A stretch of DNA of 64,000 bases from Felis catus (Eukaryota): positions 38,132,001 to 38,196,000 of the forward strand of contig NC_058368.1 of the NCBI RefSeq assembly GCF_018350175.1. The letters run 5' to 3'. Shown here piece by piece: positions 1-12,451 of this stretch. Below the pieces are notes generated by a model, which saw only the letters and a program-made list of their open reading frames with translations, did no database searches and was not told the DNA's origin. The stretch's first letter is position 1. Every line of letters begins with the position of its first letter. Both the position numbers and the translations under genes were made by a program.

Positions 1-89
1 TCTCTTCAAGGTCCTATCCCCAAATATAGTCACTTTGAGGGTTAGGGTTTCAACATATAAATTTGGGGTATACAATTCAGCCCGTAGCA
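1..89 (-). mobile_element. MaLR (MLT1-type) LTR fragment, truncated by window start
   Basis: GTTAGGGTTTCAACATATAAATTTGGGGTATACAATTCAGCCCGTAGCA resembles the reverse complement of the MLT1 LTR 5' terminus. Confidence 0.7.
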
Positions 90-714
90 CTAGGTTATCA
101 CACCGAATTTATTTGTCATATCTCTCCAGTCCCTTCTGGTCTGTGATATTTTTCAAATTTGTTTTTGATTGTGGTATAAGGTGAGGTTTGAATCTTTTTT
201 CTTTTTTCTTTTTTATGTACGAGTATGATTTGGTTTAACTGGTTTGTTGAAAAGACTATTCATTCCCTATTAAATTACCTTGTACACAAATGAATATATA
301 CCTGTGGGTCTATTTCTGGATTTTATATCCTGTTCCATTTACTAACTGTCTGCCCTTATGCCAAAACCACACTACCTGATTTCAGTAGCTTTATAGAAAA
401 TGTTAATATCAAATATTTGAAACATCCAACTTCGTTATTCCTTTGAAATATTGTTTTCATTATTTCATTTTTTTCGAAGTTTTATTAAAATTATCTTCTT
501 AATATCTACAAAATAAGATTACTTAGGTTTTAAATGTAATTGCATTGACTCCATATATCAGGGCAGAATTGACATTTTAACCATATTGAGTTTTCCAATC
601 CCTAAACACGGTATCTCTCTCTAACAAGATGCCATCTCTCTTCTTTCTCTAGAATGTTTTGTAGTTTTCTTTGTACTCTTTTGCACATATTTTTAAAAGG
701 TTTCTTAAGTATTT

Positions 715-935
715 TTTTTAAATTTTTTAAAAATATTTTTATTTATTTTTGAGACAGAGAGAGACAGAGCATGAACGGGGCAGGGGCAGAGAGAGAGGGA
801 GACACAGAATCGGAAGCAGGCTCCAGGCTCTGAGCTGTCAGTACAGAGCCTGACACAGGGCTCGAGCTCAGGAACCGCGAGATCATGACCTGGCTGAAGT
901 CGGACGCTTAACCGACTGAGCCACCCAGGCGCCCC
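715..935 (-). mobile_element. Can-SINE (SINEC_Fc-type)
   Basis: Antisense tRNA-derived head ending CCACCCAGGCGCCCC, (GA)n, poly-T; imperfect TSD AGGTTTC(T/C)TAAGTATTT on both sides. Confidence 0.95.
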
Positions 936-2984
936 AGAGGTTTCCTAAGTATTTTGATGCATCTATAGTTGATAGTTTTAACTTCAAAGTTTAATTGTTC
1001 GTGATAGCATACAGAAACTATGTATAAACCTTGTGTTCTATAACCTTACTCACTTGCTAATTCTAGTAGCTCTTTTGAAGATTCCTCAGGATTTTCTACA
1101 TAGAAAATCATATTGTCAATACATAAAGATAATTTTATCTATTTTTTTCTAACAATGCTTTTATTTCTTTTTGTTGTCCTGCTGCACTGGCTAAGACTTC
1201 CAGTGAAATGTTGAATAGAAGTGGTAAGAGTGGATATCCTGGCCTTGAGATCCTTGCTGTAATGTTATCTGGAGATTTTTCAGAAAGAACCTTTATCAGA
1301 TTGAGTGAGTACCTTTAAATCCCTGGTTTGCTGAGAGTGCTTATAGCAAAAGTGTGTTTAACTTTGCAAAGGCTTTTTTCTGGATACAATAAGATGATCA
1401 CATGTATTTTGTTTTATAGTCTATTATTATAGTGAGTTGCATTGATATTCATATGTCAATGAACCACATTTCTTGGATAAAACCCATTTGATCATAAATG
1501 TATGGTCCTTTAAATACATATTTAGGATCTGTTTGCTAAAATTTTCTTAAGGATTTTTGCATTTATATTTATGGTTTTCTTTTCATATAATGCCGTTGTC
1601 TGGTTTTGGTTTCAGGGTATTCTGGGCTATAAAATGAGATAAAAATGTTTCCTCTTCTCTTCTATAAACATTTTGAGAGTTTGTGTAGAATTCTTATGAC
1701 TTCTGTCTTTATCAATTTGGTAAAATTTACCACTGAAGCTGTCTTGACTCTGGAGTTTTTTCTTTGTCAGAGGCATTGTTATAATGATAAATTCAATTTA
1801 TTAAATATATATAAAGAGAGTGCTTTGGGTGAGCTATATTTTCTTGAATGAGTTTTGATAGTTTTTATTTTTTTAAGAAATATATTCCTTTGATCTAGTT
1901 GACCAAATTTAGTGGAATAGAATTATTTATGATATTCCAGTTTATCCTTTCAAAATTTGCAGGATTTGCCATTTGTGCCCTTTTATATTCCTGATGTTGT
2001 TACTGTGTATCTTCTCACTTTTTTTTTTTAACTGGCCAGTCTGGCTAGAAATATATTACTTTTAAAAAATATATTCAAATAACTTATTGAAAAGCTGAAA
2101 GCAGCTTAGATGATTGATTTGAGAGATTTCTTCTTTTTCTTTCTAAGCGCTCGTTTAGTAGCATCCCATTAATTTTGTTGTGATTAATTTCCGTGCATTC
2201 ACATTAAGTGGGAAAAATATATACAACATATAATACATATTTTTTCTTATGATTGCTTCCCTAAAGTATGGGTTATTTAAATTGTGTTATTTAATTCCTG
2301 AATATTTGATATTTTCCATATATGTGTCTGTTTTTGATTTGCAGTTCAGTTTCTTTTTGGTCATAGAACATAATATGTATGATTCCAATAACCTTGTGTT
2401 TACTGAGCTGTGTTTTATCACCTAGAAAATATTCTACCTTGGTGAATAGTCTATGTACATTTAAAAAAAATGTGTATTTTGCTATTGTTAAGTAGAGAAT
2501 TCAGTAAGTATCTACAAAGACCAGTTTTTTATTAGTGTTGTTCCAGGTTTTCAGAGCCCTACTTATTTTTGTCTCTATTTGTTCATCAATTATTCAGAGA
2601 GGAGTGTTAAAATCTCCTACAGTAATTGTGGATTTATATATTTCTCCTTGTATTTCTATCACTGTGTTTCAGTTATTCTAAACCTCCATTATTGGATGCA
2701 GATACACCTTTAGGATTGTTATGCCTTCCCAATATTTTGATTCCTTTATTATTATGAAATATACTTCCTTATCCTTGGCAGTATTCATTGTTCAGAAGTC
2801 TATTTTCTCTGACATTAGAATGGCTGCTACAGCTTTTTTATGCACATGTTAATAGTATTTTTCCATCCTTTTGTTCTTATCTGATTTTTGTCTTTATATT
2901 TAAAATGATTTTCATGTAGCTGCATATAGCTGGTTGTAGTTTTTAACTCGACTTTTTGTTCTGTTTATTTATTCATTCTGGTTT

Positions 2985-3255
2985 CAAGTTTTTATTTAAA
3001 TTGTGGTTAGTTAACATACAGTGTACCACTAGCTTCAGGTGTAGAATTCAGTGCTTCATCACTTCCGTGCAGCACCCAGTGCTCATCACAAGTGCCCTCC
3101 TGATTACCCGTCATCCATTTGGTCCATGTCCTGCCTACCTCCCATCCAGCAGTCCTCTGTTTGTTCTCTATAGTTAAAAGTCTCTTATTGTCTGCCTCTC
3201 TCTTTTTTTCCCCTATGTTCATCTGTTTTATTTCTGAATTTCTACATGAGTGAAA
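2985..3255 (-). mobile_element. Carnivore L1 3' end fragment
   Basis: TTAGTTAACATACAGTGT...CACCCAGTGCTCATCACAAGTGCCCTCC...ATGAGTGAAAT, typical antisense carnivore L1 3' UTR. Confidence 0.85.
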
Positions 3256-3712
3256 TTTGATGATTTATGTGTTTATTGAAACTTAAGACCATTTATATCT
3301 AGTTCAATTACCAACATCTTTAATGCTGGTTTAAATCTACCCACTAGTAATTGTCACAGGTGTTCTCAATCCCTTTCTTATTTTTTCCAGTGTATTTTTT
3401 TTATTATACTTTTAAGTATTTAACTTCCATCATTGCATTTTATTTTTTAAATTTTGTTCATGACAGTTTTAAAAAAATTTTTTTTCAATTCTAGTATGTT
3501 TTTATTTTTTAATTGCTGCTTTAGGATTTGTCATATACATTTTTAGCATGCCACAGTCTACCTTCAAATAATACTATATCACTTCATGTATATTTCTGTA
3601 ATCTTGTAACTGCAAACTTCCATTTTTCCCTGTTCTCTATTTTGTAATGGTTATCACATATACTATTTTTATTTACATTATAAATTCACAATATACTAGT
3701 ATTACTACTTTT

Positions 3713-3936
3713 TTTAATATATATATATTTTTTCAACGTTTATTTATTTTTGGGACAGAGAGAGATAGAGCATGAACGGGGGAGGGGCAGAGAGAGAGGG
3801 AGACACAGAATCGGAAACAGGCTCCAGGCTCTGAGCCATCAGCCCAGAGCTGGACACGGGGCTCGAACTCACGGACCGCGAGATCGTGACCTGGCTGAAG
3901 TCGGACGCTTAACCGACTGCGCCACCCAGGCGCCCC
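3713..3936 (-). mobile_element. Young Can-SINE (SINEC_Fc)
   Basis: Near-consensus, CpG-rich; perfect TSD TATTACTACTTTT at 3700-3712 and 3938-3950. Confidence 0.97.
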
Positions 3937-4881
3937 ATATTACTACTTTTCTTTAGGCAATTCTTTGTCTTTTAAGGAAATTAAGATATGAGAAAACTAC
4001 GCATTATCCATAACTGTATCTGCCCTTCCAGGCCTTTATCATTCTTTTTATTGATTTATATTTCCATATTGTGTCATATCTCATGCCTAAAATATCTCTT
4101 TAACATTTTTGTGTATTTCTTGATAGTGTATATCTCATGGCAATAAATTCTCAGTTTTTGTTTTTGGAATATATTTTACTGAGTATAAAATTATAAATTG
4201 ACTTTCTTTTTCAGTGCTCCAAATATGTCATTTCATTGTCTTTTTATCTGCCAATTTCCTGAGGAGATTAGATTTTATTCCTTTATTCATATATTCCTTG
4301 GTCTGTAATATGGCTTATCTTTCCCACTCCACAATTTTCTTAAGATTTTATATTTGTCACTGTTTTTCAGTAATTTGACTATGGTGTGCCTTGTGATTTA
4401 TTTCTCTTTTATTCTTCAGTGATCTTCTGGGATCTGCAAGATTATCGATTCCTTAAATTTAGATAATATTTATTAAATTTATTAAATATATACATTCTTT
4501 TTCCTTCTCACACCTTTCCTTCAGGGATTCCAGAGTGACATATATTAGACAGTTTGACATTTTTTTCCCCATGGATCATTTATGCTTTGTTCATTTTTCA
4601 TCAGTTTTTTTTTTCTCCTCTGTGCTTCATTTTGGATAGTTGCTCTTTGCTGTGTCTTTAAATTTAATGAAGTTTTCTTCACCAGTGTCTCACCCACTGT
4701 TAGTCGCATCCAAAGTATATTTCATATCGGATATTGATTTTTTAACTCTACTAGTCTTACTTGTGTGTGATTTTTTCCTTATATCTTCTATTTTTTTCTC
4801 ACATCGCTTCTCTCTTCCTTTACTATTGTGGCCATATAGAGCATTTTTATATTGATGTTTTAATATACTTGTGTTCAAAAC

Positions 4882-5450
4882 TGTGAAAGGAATAAGATTT
4901 TACCACACTAATAAGTTGGAAGCTAATAAGTAGGTCTGTCACAGTTTTATGGATGGTTGCAGAAGACATGATACTTATGAGGCATAAACAATGGACAGGT
5001 TAGTACTCACAAAGATATCATTGACCACAGCATCAGCATTTTCATACTGGTTCTTTAAGCCCCAGTGCCTACAGGTGGTGCAAACAGGATTGGATGGCCC
5101 CTGCACACAGTATGTTTTCTATGACAGATGAGGAACCCTGAATTAGGGAACCTGAGCCTCTTCCAATGGACTGTACACATTCCTTTCCTTTGCTCTAGGG
5201 GAAGAAGTTTTCTTTCTTATTTTGGGCGTTGAGGATGGCTGTGCTTTGCTGTGGAGGGAGGCACCATCTTTGTCTTTCAAGGCTGTGAGAAAACCTACCA
5301 TTTGCTCAGAAGAGAAAAAATGTCTCTATCATGAAAGCTGTTATCTTTACAGACATCACTGAAAACATAGTCAAGAACAAAAAGCAATCAGTGCATCTTA
5401 CAAGACATGCAGAATATAAGGAAACAATCGAGAAGATAATTATCTCTCAA
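4882..5450 (-). mobile_element. Old solo LTR (ERVL-class, MER73/MER74-like), tentative
   Basis: TG start and CACAGTTTTATGGATGGTTGCAGAAGACA motif recalled from ERVL-class LTRs; interrupts the L1M. Confidence 0.45.
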
Positions 5451-5552
5451 TATTGCCATTCATTCCGTTTTCCTGTAATTGATAGAACTATATGGTGATT
5501 TTTCTCCTGTCTGTAGATCATATTTTCCTGATTTCTTGAATGTCAGAAAAAT

Positions 5553-5606
5553 TTTTTATGTTTATTGTTGAAGAGAGAGAGACAGAGTGCGAGTGGGGGG
5601 TGGGGC

Positions 5607-5659
<53 letters not shown>

Positions 5660-5786
5660 ATCTGAAGCAGGTTCCAGGCTCTTGAGCTGTCAGCACAGAG
5701 CCCAACGTGGGGTTCAAACCTACCAACTGAGATCATGACCTGAGCTGAAGTCAGCCACTTAACTGACTAAACCACCTAGGTGCCCC
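5553..5786 (-). mobile_element. Can-SINE
   Basis: Antisense SINE body with long (GA)n; imperfect TSD AATGTCA..A.ATTTTT. Confidence 0.93.
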
Positions 5787-5789
5787 AAA

Positions 5790-6600
5790 TGTCAAACATT
5801 TTTTGATTGCATGTGAGATATTGTTAATTTAAGTTTAAAGTACTTTATTTCATTGTGTTTTTTTTTAACAAAGTGTTGACTTCAAGTAAGCACACAGTTA
5901 AGTTTCTTGGAATCAATTTGACCCATTAGAAACTCACTTATCCACTTTATTAGACAAGCCTCAGAGCAGTCTACTCCCATTCCAGATTAGTCAAACTACT
6001 GAGGCAATGCTTTTCTCAAGATTCTTCCCAATGCCCTACATATCGAGAGACTTTTTCATTCCAACTGATGGGAACATGAGCTATGGGCTGCTTTGTTTTA
6101 ACTCTGGAAACTGTTTAGATTACTGCTTTCTTTTCTTTTCTATCTTAATTTTTTAGAGATAGAGAGGGTGAGTGGGGGAGAGGGACAGAGGGAGAGAAAG
6201 GAAGAATCTTAAACTGGCTCCACACTCAGCACAGAGTCCAACATGGGGCTCGATCCCACAACCCTGGGATCATGATGTGAGCTGAAATCAAGAGTCTGAT
6301 GCTAAATGGACTGAGCCATATTACCTTCATAAACACTGATCTCTATCTCCTTAGTGCAGATTTTGTTTGGTCTTTTTTCTCTCTGTGTGGTGACCTGGAA
6401 AACTGTCTGCAGGCAGTAAGCTGATGCAATTTTAGAGCTTACCACATTTGTTTTTCTTCTCTCCATGAGCACTGTTCTTTGCTGTGTGTTTTCAATATGT
6501 GACAACTTTTATTTCATTTTGTTTATTTTCTAATTGTTTAAGGGAGGAAAGTAAATCTGCTTTTTGTGATTAGATCATGGCCTGAAGCAAAATAATCAGA
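5790..6600 (-). mobile_element. Ancient L1M 5' region fragment (contains a SINE)
   Basis: CACTGTTCTTTGCTGTGTGTTTTCAATATGTGACAAC...TCATGGCCTGAAGCAAAA resembles an antisense L1M 5' UTR. Confidence 0.55.
6135..6320 (-). mobile_element. Older Can-SINE
   Basis: CTCAGCACAGAGTCCAACATGGGGCTCGATCCCACAACCCTGGGATCATGA...AAATCAAGAGTC. Confidence 0.88.
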
Positions 6601-6609
6601 AAGGTTTTG

Positions 6610-6981
6610 TCTCTTATATTTTAGCTAACACCCATATTTTGGAACAGGGTGATTTGCATTCACTCCAGTACCTATTTGCAAGCCTTTAAGTTCACATTTT
6701 TAAAGTTTATTTATTTATTCTGAGAAAGAAAGAGAGAGGGGGAGAGAGATGGAGAACAACTGGGGAAGGGGAAGAGAGAGAGGGAAAGAGAGAGAATCCC
6801 CAACAGGCTCCATGCTGACAGCACAGACCGATGTGGGGCTCGAATTCATGAATCCTGAGATCACGACCTAAGCAGAGCCCAAGTCTGGTGCTTAACCAAC
6901 TAAGCCACCGAAGTGCCCTTAAGTTCACACTTTTACTATGACTTACTCAGACTTAAAAGGTAAATCCACGAGCCTAGTAAT
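6610..6981 (-). pseudogene. Putative exon relic F of decayed EF-hand/WD40 gene (interrupted by SINE)
   Basis: Minus-strand acceptor TGTTTTATAG| at 6982 followed by ITRLVDL, resembling family motif VLRLWDI/NIRVWDM; stop codons present. Confidence 0.45.
6697..6918 (-). mobile_element. Can-SINE
   Basis: Antisense SINE; TSD TTAAGTTCACA at 6686-6696 and 6919-6929. Confidence 0.93.
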
Positions 6982-7011
6982 CTATAAAACATATTTCTAG
7001 ACATGGGTCAT

Positions 7012-7455
7012 ATTTATTATTTTTACCCAGCTTCATTGATATATAATCAACAAATATAATTATAAGATATTTACTGATTTGATATGCAAATTCATGGTGA
7101 AAAGATCCCCCCCCCCATTGATTTAAACAACTTATCCATCACCTCATACATTTACCTTTCTTTTTCTTTTTTCGGTGACAACATTTAAGCTCTACTCTCT
7201 CCGCAAATGTCAATTATACGATACAGTGTTATCAGCTGGAGCCACCATGCTTTACATTACATCCTCAAACCTCTTTTATGGTGTAATTGAAAGTTTGTAA
7301 CCTTTTTCCAACCATATTTTCCCCTCTCCCAGCTCCTGGCAACTACTTCACTATTCTCGGTTTCTGTGAGTCAACTTTTTTTTTTTTTTGCCTTTTTAGA
7401 TTCCACATATAAGTTGTACCATGCAGTATTTGTCTTGATTATTTCATTAGCATAA
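7012..7455 (-). mobile_element. L1MA-type 3' UTR fragment
   Basis: TTAGATTCCACATATAAG..ACCATGCAGTATTTGTCTT..ATTTCATTAGCATAA antisense L1 3' end motifs. Confidence 0.8.
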
Positions 7456-7474
7456 GGGGATATTTGAAATATAC

Positions 7475-7700
7475 CTCAGTAATTAGAATAGCATGAACAC
7501 TGAATAATCAGAAAGATGTCAACCATAAACAGACAGGTTATACTGGTGTGTTCCTGAAAGCATGATTTTAAACACATTCACGCATACACACAGCTGCACA
7601 TACTTTTTTATTGCAGACTTATTTTCTACATTTGAAGTAAGAAGAAAAACATCTAATATTCTAGTACATTTAAGTACGTATTAACATATTACTGTTTAAC
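7475..7700 (-). pseudogene. Putative exon relic E of decayed EF-hand/WD40 gene
   Basis: Translations IRCFSSY...NKKVC and IMLSG/HTSITCLFMVD (frameshifted) resemble ILCFDY...NNKVCLW...LMKGHQTSVTHILVD; donor GAG|GTATAT at 7475/7474. Confidence 0.55.
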
Positions 7701-7858
7701 TTGTTTTTATATATATACCAAACACAAATATTGACTTTGCAGAAACTATCAAATCACTTTTTTTCATTGCCTAAAAAGTCATTTTCCTGGTTATGTGTTC
7801 ACTGAAAAGGCAATTGTTTCTGTTTTTCATATTGTGTTTTTAAAGTTATAAACCCTGA

Positions 7859-8108
7859 GGGGCACTTGGGTGGCTCAGTTGAGCGTCCGATTTCGGCTCA
7901 GGTCATGATCTCACAGCTCGTGAGTTGGAGCCCCACGTGGGGCTCTGTGCTGACAGCTCAGACCCTGGAGACTGCTTTGGATTCTGTGTCTCCCTCTCTC
8001 TCTGCCCCTAACCCACTCACTTTCTGTCTCTGTCTCTGTCTCTGTCAAAAATAAGTAAACATTAAAAAAATTTTTTTAATAAATAAATAAATAAATAAAT
8101 AAATAAAT
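7859..8108 (+). mobile_element. Can-SINE
   Basis: Sense SINE with (TAAA)n tail; TSD TTATAAACCCTGA at 7846-7858 and 8109-8121. Confidence 0.95.
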
Positions 8109-8133
8109 TTATAAACCCTGAGATGACCAGATT

Positions 8134-8315
8134 GGGACACCTGGGTGGTGCATCCATTAAGCATCTGACTCTTGATTTTGACTCAGGTCATGATCTTGTG
8201 GTTGTGAAGTAGAGCCCCACATAGAGCTCTGTGCTGGGCAAGGAGCCCACTTAAGATCCTCTCTTTCCCCCTGCCCCTCCCCCACTCATGCTCTCTCTGC
8301 CCCCCCCCAAAGAGA
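8134..8315 (+). mobile_element. Older Can-SINE
   Basis: GGGACACCTGGGTGG...GACTCTTGATTTTGACTCAGGTCATGATCT. Confidence 0.88.
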
Positions 8316-8507
8316 AAATCACCAGAGAATACCAGAGATCCTACCTTTCAACAACCTAAGAGTAATTACGAATATCAAGATAAAACAAATATGATTCATT
8401 CAGCAAAGGAGCTAAGAATGCACATAGGCTCTGGAATGACAAGGGCCAAAGATATTTTTTATCTTAAGGTGAAATAAAAAATAGTTTATTTCAACAAAAT
8501 TGTTTAC

Positions 8508-8635
8508 CTGCATGTTTTTCTTTTATGTTTCGCCAATTCCTTTTTCACTTTCATGTCTTTTCATGTATGCAGCCACATCAGTGTCCACACATTAGATATA
8601 GTTATTCCTCACTTGAAATGAAGATGATATTTATA
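8508..8635 (-). pseudogene. Putative exon relic D of decayed EF-hand/WD40 gene
   Basis: Acceptor TTCTATTTGTTATTAG| at 8636 and donor CAG|GTAAAC at 8508/8507; YKYHLHFK*GITIS weakly resembles VKFIPQMNVVVSCS/VTYNASLDAIISS. Confidence 0.45.
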
Positions 8636-8782
8636 CTAATAACAAATAGAACTGTAATTTCATAATAGCTAAATTTGTAAAAAGCAATATTTTTATTCGG
8701 TAAAATAATAAAATATGAAACAATATGAAACAAAGTGACCTATTTATAAAATGATGCTTAGTGTTTCCATAGAAAATCCTAC

Positions 8783-9109
8783 CATCTCCATAAGTTCACT
8801 TTTTTTTTGTAAGTGGAAGTTAAGATTTATGGAATAAAGAAAGCTAATGTCACCAAACTAAGACCTATTGGCTGGCTTCCAGAAGGTCAATGGGGTACCA
8901 TTTCCTTGATGATTTTACCACAGTCAAGAAAGTACATCTAAGACTAGCAGGCTCAAAACATAATTTCATTAGGATACATGGAATGCATCCATCTCTCCAG
9001 AGTCATCTTAATTTAATTGCATTCACAAAACCGATCCATAAAATGAGAATTGCTTTTTTGGCAATATAGTCATTCCAGCTGTAATCCAATATATGCAACC
9101 CTAAAATAT
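8783..9109 (-). pseudogene. Putative exon relic C of decayed EF-hand/WD40 gene
   Basis: Acceptor CTTTACAG| at 9110; ILGLHILDYSWNDYIAKKAILILWIGFVNAI...LCFEPAS resembles VMDYWSDY / MDYWYDP..ILSFGDITGKVQAI..SLFERPAS; internal stops. Confidence 0.6.
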
Positions 9110-10106
9110 CTGTAAAGCATTAACAAAAGCAATAGTTTGTACTATCGGAGCTAGCTTGGGCTGTCTGAGCAGGCACTTCAGCTTGGGTGGAGATTGTCAT
9201 AATGAATGTTTAAAATGAACAACAACAACAACAAAAACGGAGTGGAAATGCTTACATCACTGTAGTTACTACATTGCTGGTAGATACTGAGACAATGAAG
9301 ATGGAAGAGAAATTATTTGCATGTAGGATTGTGTTTGGAGAGAGAGAGTTGTAGGCTACCCTCTCGAAGACTGTTAAGGCTGAAGATGCTCCACTCAGGA
9401 GCTGATGCTTGGTTTTAATTTTCTGAGACACAGTTGAAAAAACTCCCACTGCCAGGGCTAGCAGGAAGCTGTGGTTTGTGTTTTGTTTTGTTTCCCCTCT
9501 ACTCTCAATAATCTTGCATAAGAAAATTATCAACATATGAACTAAGACAACTACATATTATACTGGTATCTTTCTCCATTTATGAACCATGTATATATAT
9601 TGTGTTACATGCACATGCTGTGAAAGAAAGGACTGAATAAAAATAAATACAATGTCAACCTGGTAGGAATTTTCTCATTGAAAGGGCCAGGTCCATTCTA
9701 TATCAGTTGGAAAATAATAAAAAAAACTGAAGAAGTAAAGTTATGCTTGGTGTATTATAATGAGAAACATATGTAAAATTCATTGTTGCCTAGCATCAAG
9801 CTAAAATAATGCTTTGTTCTCTACAGTAGGCATTTCTTGTCATTGGGGTATTATACACAATTTCATTGGTTAAAACTTCATTCTGAAGTTTCATATCAGT
9901 GCTATTAAGTCTTCCCCTGTGACATCTTTTTCTGCGATTTCAGGGCTCAAGAGCACCTGATTATGTTGATGCTTTATTTATTATATCCTAATACTGCCAC
10001 CCAAGTTATTCTTAAGATCCACTTACCTGAACATATTTATATTATTTAATTGAATTTGAGTATTTCAGCTTTTATACATGTATTGACTGAAATTTTAATT
10101 CTATAT

Positions 10107-10325
10107 CAGGGTTTCTCACCATTGACATTTTGGGCAATCATTCCTTGTTGTAGAGTCTGTCCTGTGCATAAGATGTTTAGCTAAATCCCTGGCTTCTACC
10201 CATTAGATTCAGATAGCGTGTATAAGGCTCTGGGAATATCTCGTCTCCACTTACGACATTTAAAATTATCTCCAGATATTATCAAACTTTCTTGAGGGTT
10301 AAAACCCCCACAAGTTGAGACACTG
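10107..10325 (-). mobile_element. MER20 (hAT-Charlie MITE)
   Basis: CAGGGTTTCTCA...ATTGACATTTTGGGC...GTCCTGTGCAT...GTTGAGACACTG termini; 8-bp imperfect TSD TTCTATAT/TCCTAAAT. Confidence 0.88.
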
Positions 10326-11019
10326 TCCTAAATGGCAATACTAATAGTGAAATAGTGAAATAGGGAGTTGATTTTAACTCCTACTCTCTTCCACATCTAT
10401 CTTATAGCATCCAGGAATAAGAAGGACTAGAAAGCAGAGCCATTGCCCCCCTTCAATGCCACATCTTAAAAAAGAAGGAAGAAACTTGAAAATAAGTGGA
10501 TGTAAGTTTGGGTTAGTGATTTTTTTTTAAATTCCTATGGCTGCATCCCTAGAATGTCAGTTGCTGCTTCTATATTCAAGGGTTTAGTTACACTGATGTA
10601 TATGTTCGTGGGTTTTCTGTTCCTCTTTTAGAATATATTTAGCTATATATTCAATTTGCTATAACAATACCATCAAAGAGAATTTATCTTACAAGATTGA
10701 AAAAATAGATATTATGGGGTACAAATCAGACATTCACAAAGATCAGTTTTTACAAAATGTTTTTATCCAATATATTATTTTTCTGCTAGATGTAATATAA
10801 CTTTCACAGAAAGATAAAATAGTTATATTGAATGCTATCTCATCTGGAAGAATCTAAATACATATTAAAATAATAAAACTTATACTTCCATAAAGAATAC
10901 TGTTCAACAGTGCTAAATTAATATTTTTCAATGTCATTTCAAGTATGAAAATTTCTATATATTTATCATTCAAAACTGATAAATGTTTCTTTTAAAAATG
11001 TTCCCTAGTTCCAACTTAA

Positions 11020-11343
11020 TATTTTCCTCTATTTTGTGTAAGGATAGACAATGTTCATAATTGAAGCAAAACTGATGTGAAGGTAAAACTTTATAGAATC
11101 TAGTTCATCTACAAGTTGAGTCTTTTCACACGTTAACTGGTTTACAAGATTTCTTTGTTTCACTGTGTACCATGTGTGGTACACAAATACCCGACTGTTA
11201 ACATAGGGATTCCAAATTATTAGCGTTTCTTTTGCCGAAAGTTTTTTTTTTTTAACTTTCTCTGACTCAAATTCTTTGTCTTTGAAGTGAATATAAAAAG
11301 AACTTCTTACATGCATGTACGAATGACTCAAAATTTACCTAAT
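11020..11343 (-). pseudogene. Putative exon relic B of decayed EF-hand/WD40 gene
   Basis: Acceptor TTCTCTACCTATTGTAG| at 11344; ORF 11029-11331 LSHSYMHVRSSFYIHFK...SAKETLIIW...VNQLTC...SIKFYLHIS resembles LNHGCEVVKVVFLIHRFK...TKDGILQFW...VIDMVC...KIDFFDIS (EFCAB8 as recalled). Confidence 0.6.
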
Positions 11344-11790
11344 CTACAATAGGTAGAGAACAATAATGAATTTTATTAGCATATAGACCAGTAAAATGCA
11401 ATGTCTGCTGATTACTGTGTGTGTGTGAGCAAGCATCACTTATCGATTTTAATATTAGTCACTTCATTCTTCAGAGCAGGTGTATAATGATTCTGCAAAT
11501 GTGTTATAAGGAAATATTTCAGATTATATATGTGAGATTGCTAATGTACTTTCTCATTTTTCCCCATTTCTTTTCATCCTGTGAATGTGTGTTGAGTGCC
11601 TAGTATTGAGAATTGTGTTGAGTGCTAGGCATTGGTTAGAGCACTTGGAAAAATCAGAGAACAAAGAACAAAACTCTATCTTTATAGATCTTAATCCATA
11701 ATTCTCCATGGATGGCAGCCACTAGCTCTGACAAAGTGACTAAAACCAGTGAGTACATATTTATATGAAGATTGAGCTTAGCAGCCAGCC

Positions 11791-11854
11791 TTTGGGAGAG
11801 TTAGATGTATGGAAAGGAAACTTTTGGGAGAGTTAGATGTATGGAAAGGAAACT
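11791..11854. repeat. Perfect 32-bp tandem duplication
   Basis: TTTGGGAGAGTTAGATGTATGGAAAGGAAACT x2. Confidence 0.97.
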
Positions 11855-11929
11855 TTTTCATGATAGGCAGAGCATCCTTCATATTTGCTATAGGAGTAAC
11901 AATAAATAAATTAACATCCATGAATGTTG

Positions 11930-11959
11930 TTTTTTTTTTTAATTTTTTATTGTTTATCT

Positions 11960-11997
<38 letters not shown>

Positions 11998-12165
11998 GAA
12001 TGAGTGGGGGAGGGGCAGAGAGAGAGGGAGACACAGAATCAGAAGCAGGCTCCAGGCTCTGAGCTGTCAGCACAGAGCCCGATGCGGGGCTCGAACTCAC
12101 CAACCGCGAGATCATGACCTGAGCCGAAGTCAGATACTCAACTGACTCAGCCACCCAGGCGCCCC
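11930..12165 (-). mobile_element. Can-SINE (SINEC_Fc-type)
   Basis: Antisense SINE with (GA)n and poly-T. Confidence 0.95.
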
Positions 12166-12287
12166 TTTTTACTTCTAAAATTGGGGTAGCAATATTTATT
12201 TTGAAGATTGTTCTGGTACCTTGCAGTAATGGATTTATGGCATTCAGCACACCAGGCAGTGAAAAAAATAAGTTTCCCTTCAAACCA

Positions 12288-12400
12288 CAAGAGACTCTTA
12301 ATGAGAACAAACTGAGGGTTCATGGAGGTAGGTGGGGGATGGGCTAGATGGGTGATGGTTATTAGGGCACTTGTTATGAAAAAAAAAAGGAAAGACAAGA
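12288..12400 (+). mobile_element. Short carnivore L1 3' UTR fragment
   Basis: AAGAGACTCTTAATGAGAACAAACTGAGGGTT...GGGTGATGG..TTAGGGCACTTG followed by an A-rich tract. Confidence 0.75.
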
Positions 12401-12451
12401 AAATATAAGAAAAGGAAAGAAAATACAATACTAGTTCCCCTTAAACACCCC

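Larger units (their letters stand above)
150..4870 (-). mobile_element. Ancient degraded L1 (L1M-type) ORF2 region, interrupted by SINEs and a younger L1 3' end
   Basis: T-rich antisense L1 ORF2 motifs, e.g. TTGTTGAAAAGACTATTC, GGGTCTATTTCTGGA, ATGTTGAATAGAAGTGGTAAGAGTGGATATCCT. Confidence 0.8.

Noticed and set aside
3750..3956. Recurrent ORFs such as [21 protein letters not shown].. (also 11924, 11954, 17461, 23751, 30930, 56846)
   Set aside because: These are translations of Can-SINE bodies.
9252..9536. 94-aa minus-strand ORF ending at a GTAAGC donor-like site, with an ATTTGCAT octamer
   Set aside because: No family motif fits between relic exons B and C, and single motifs are expected by chance.
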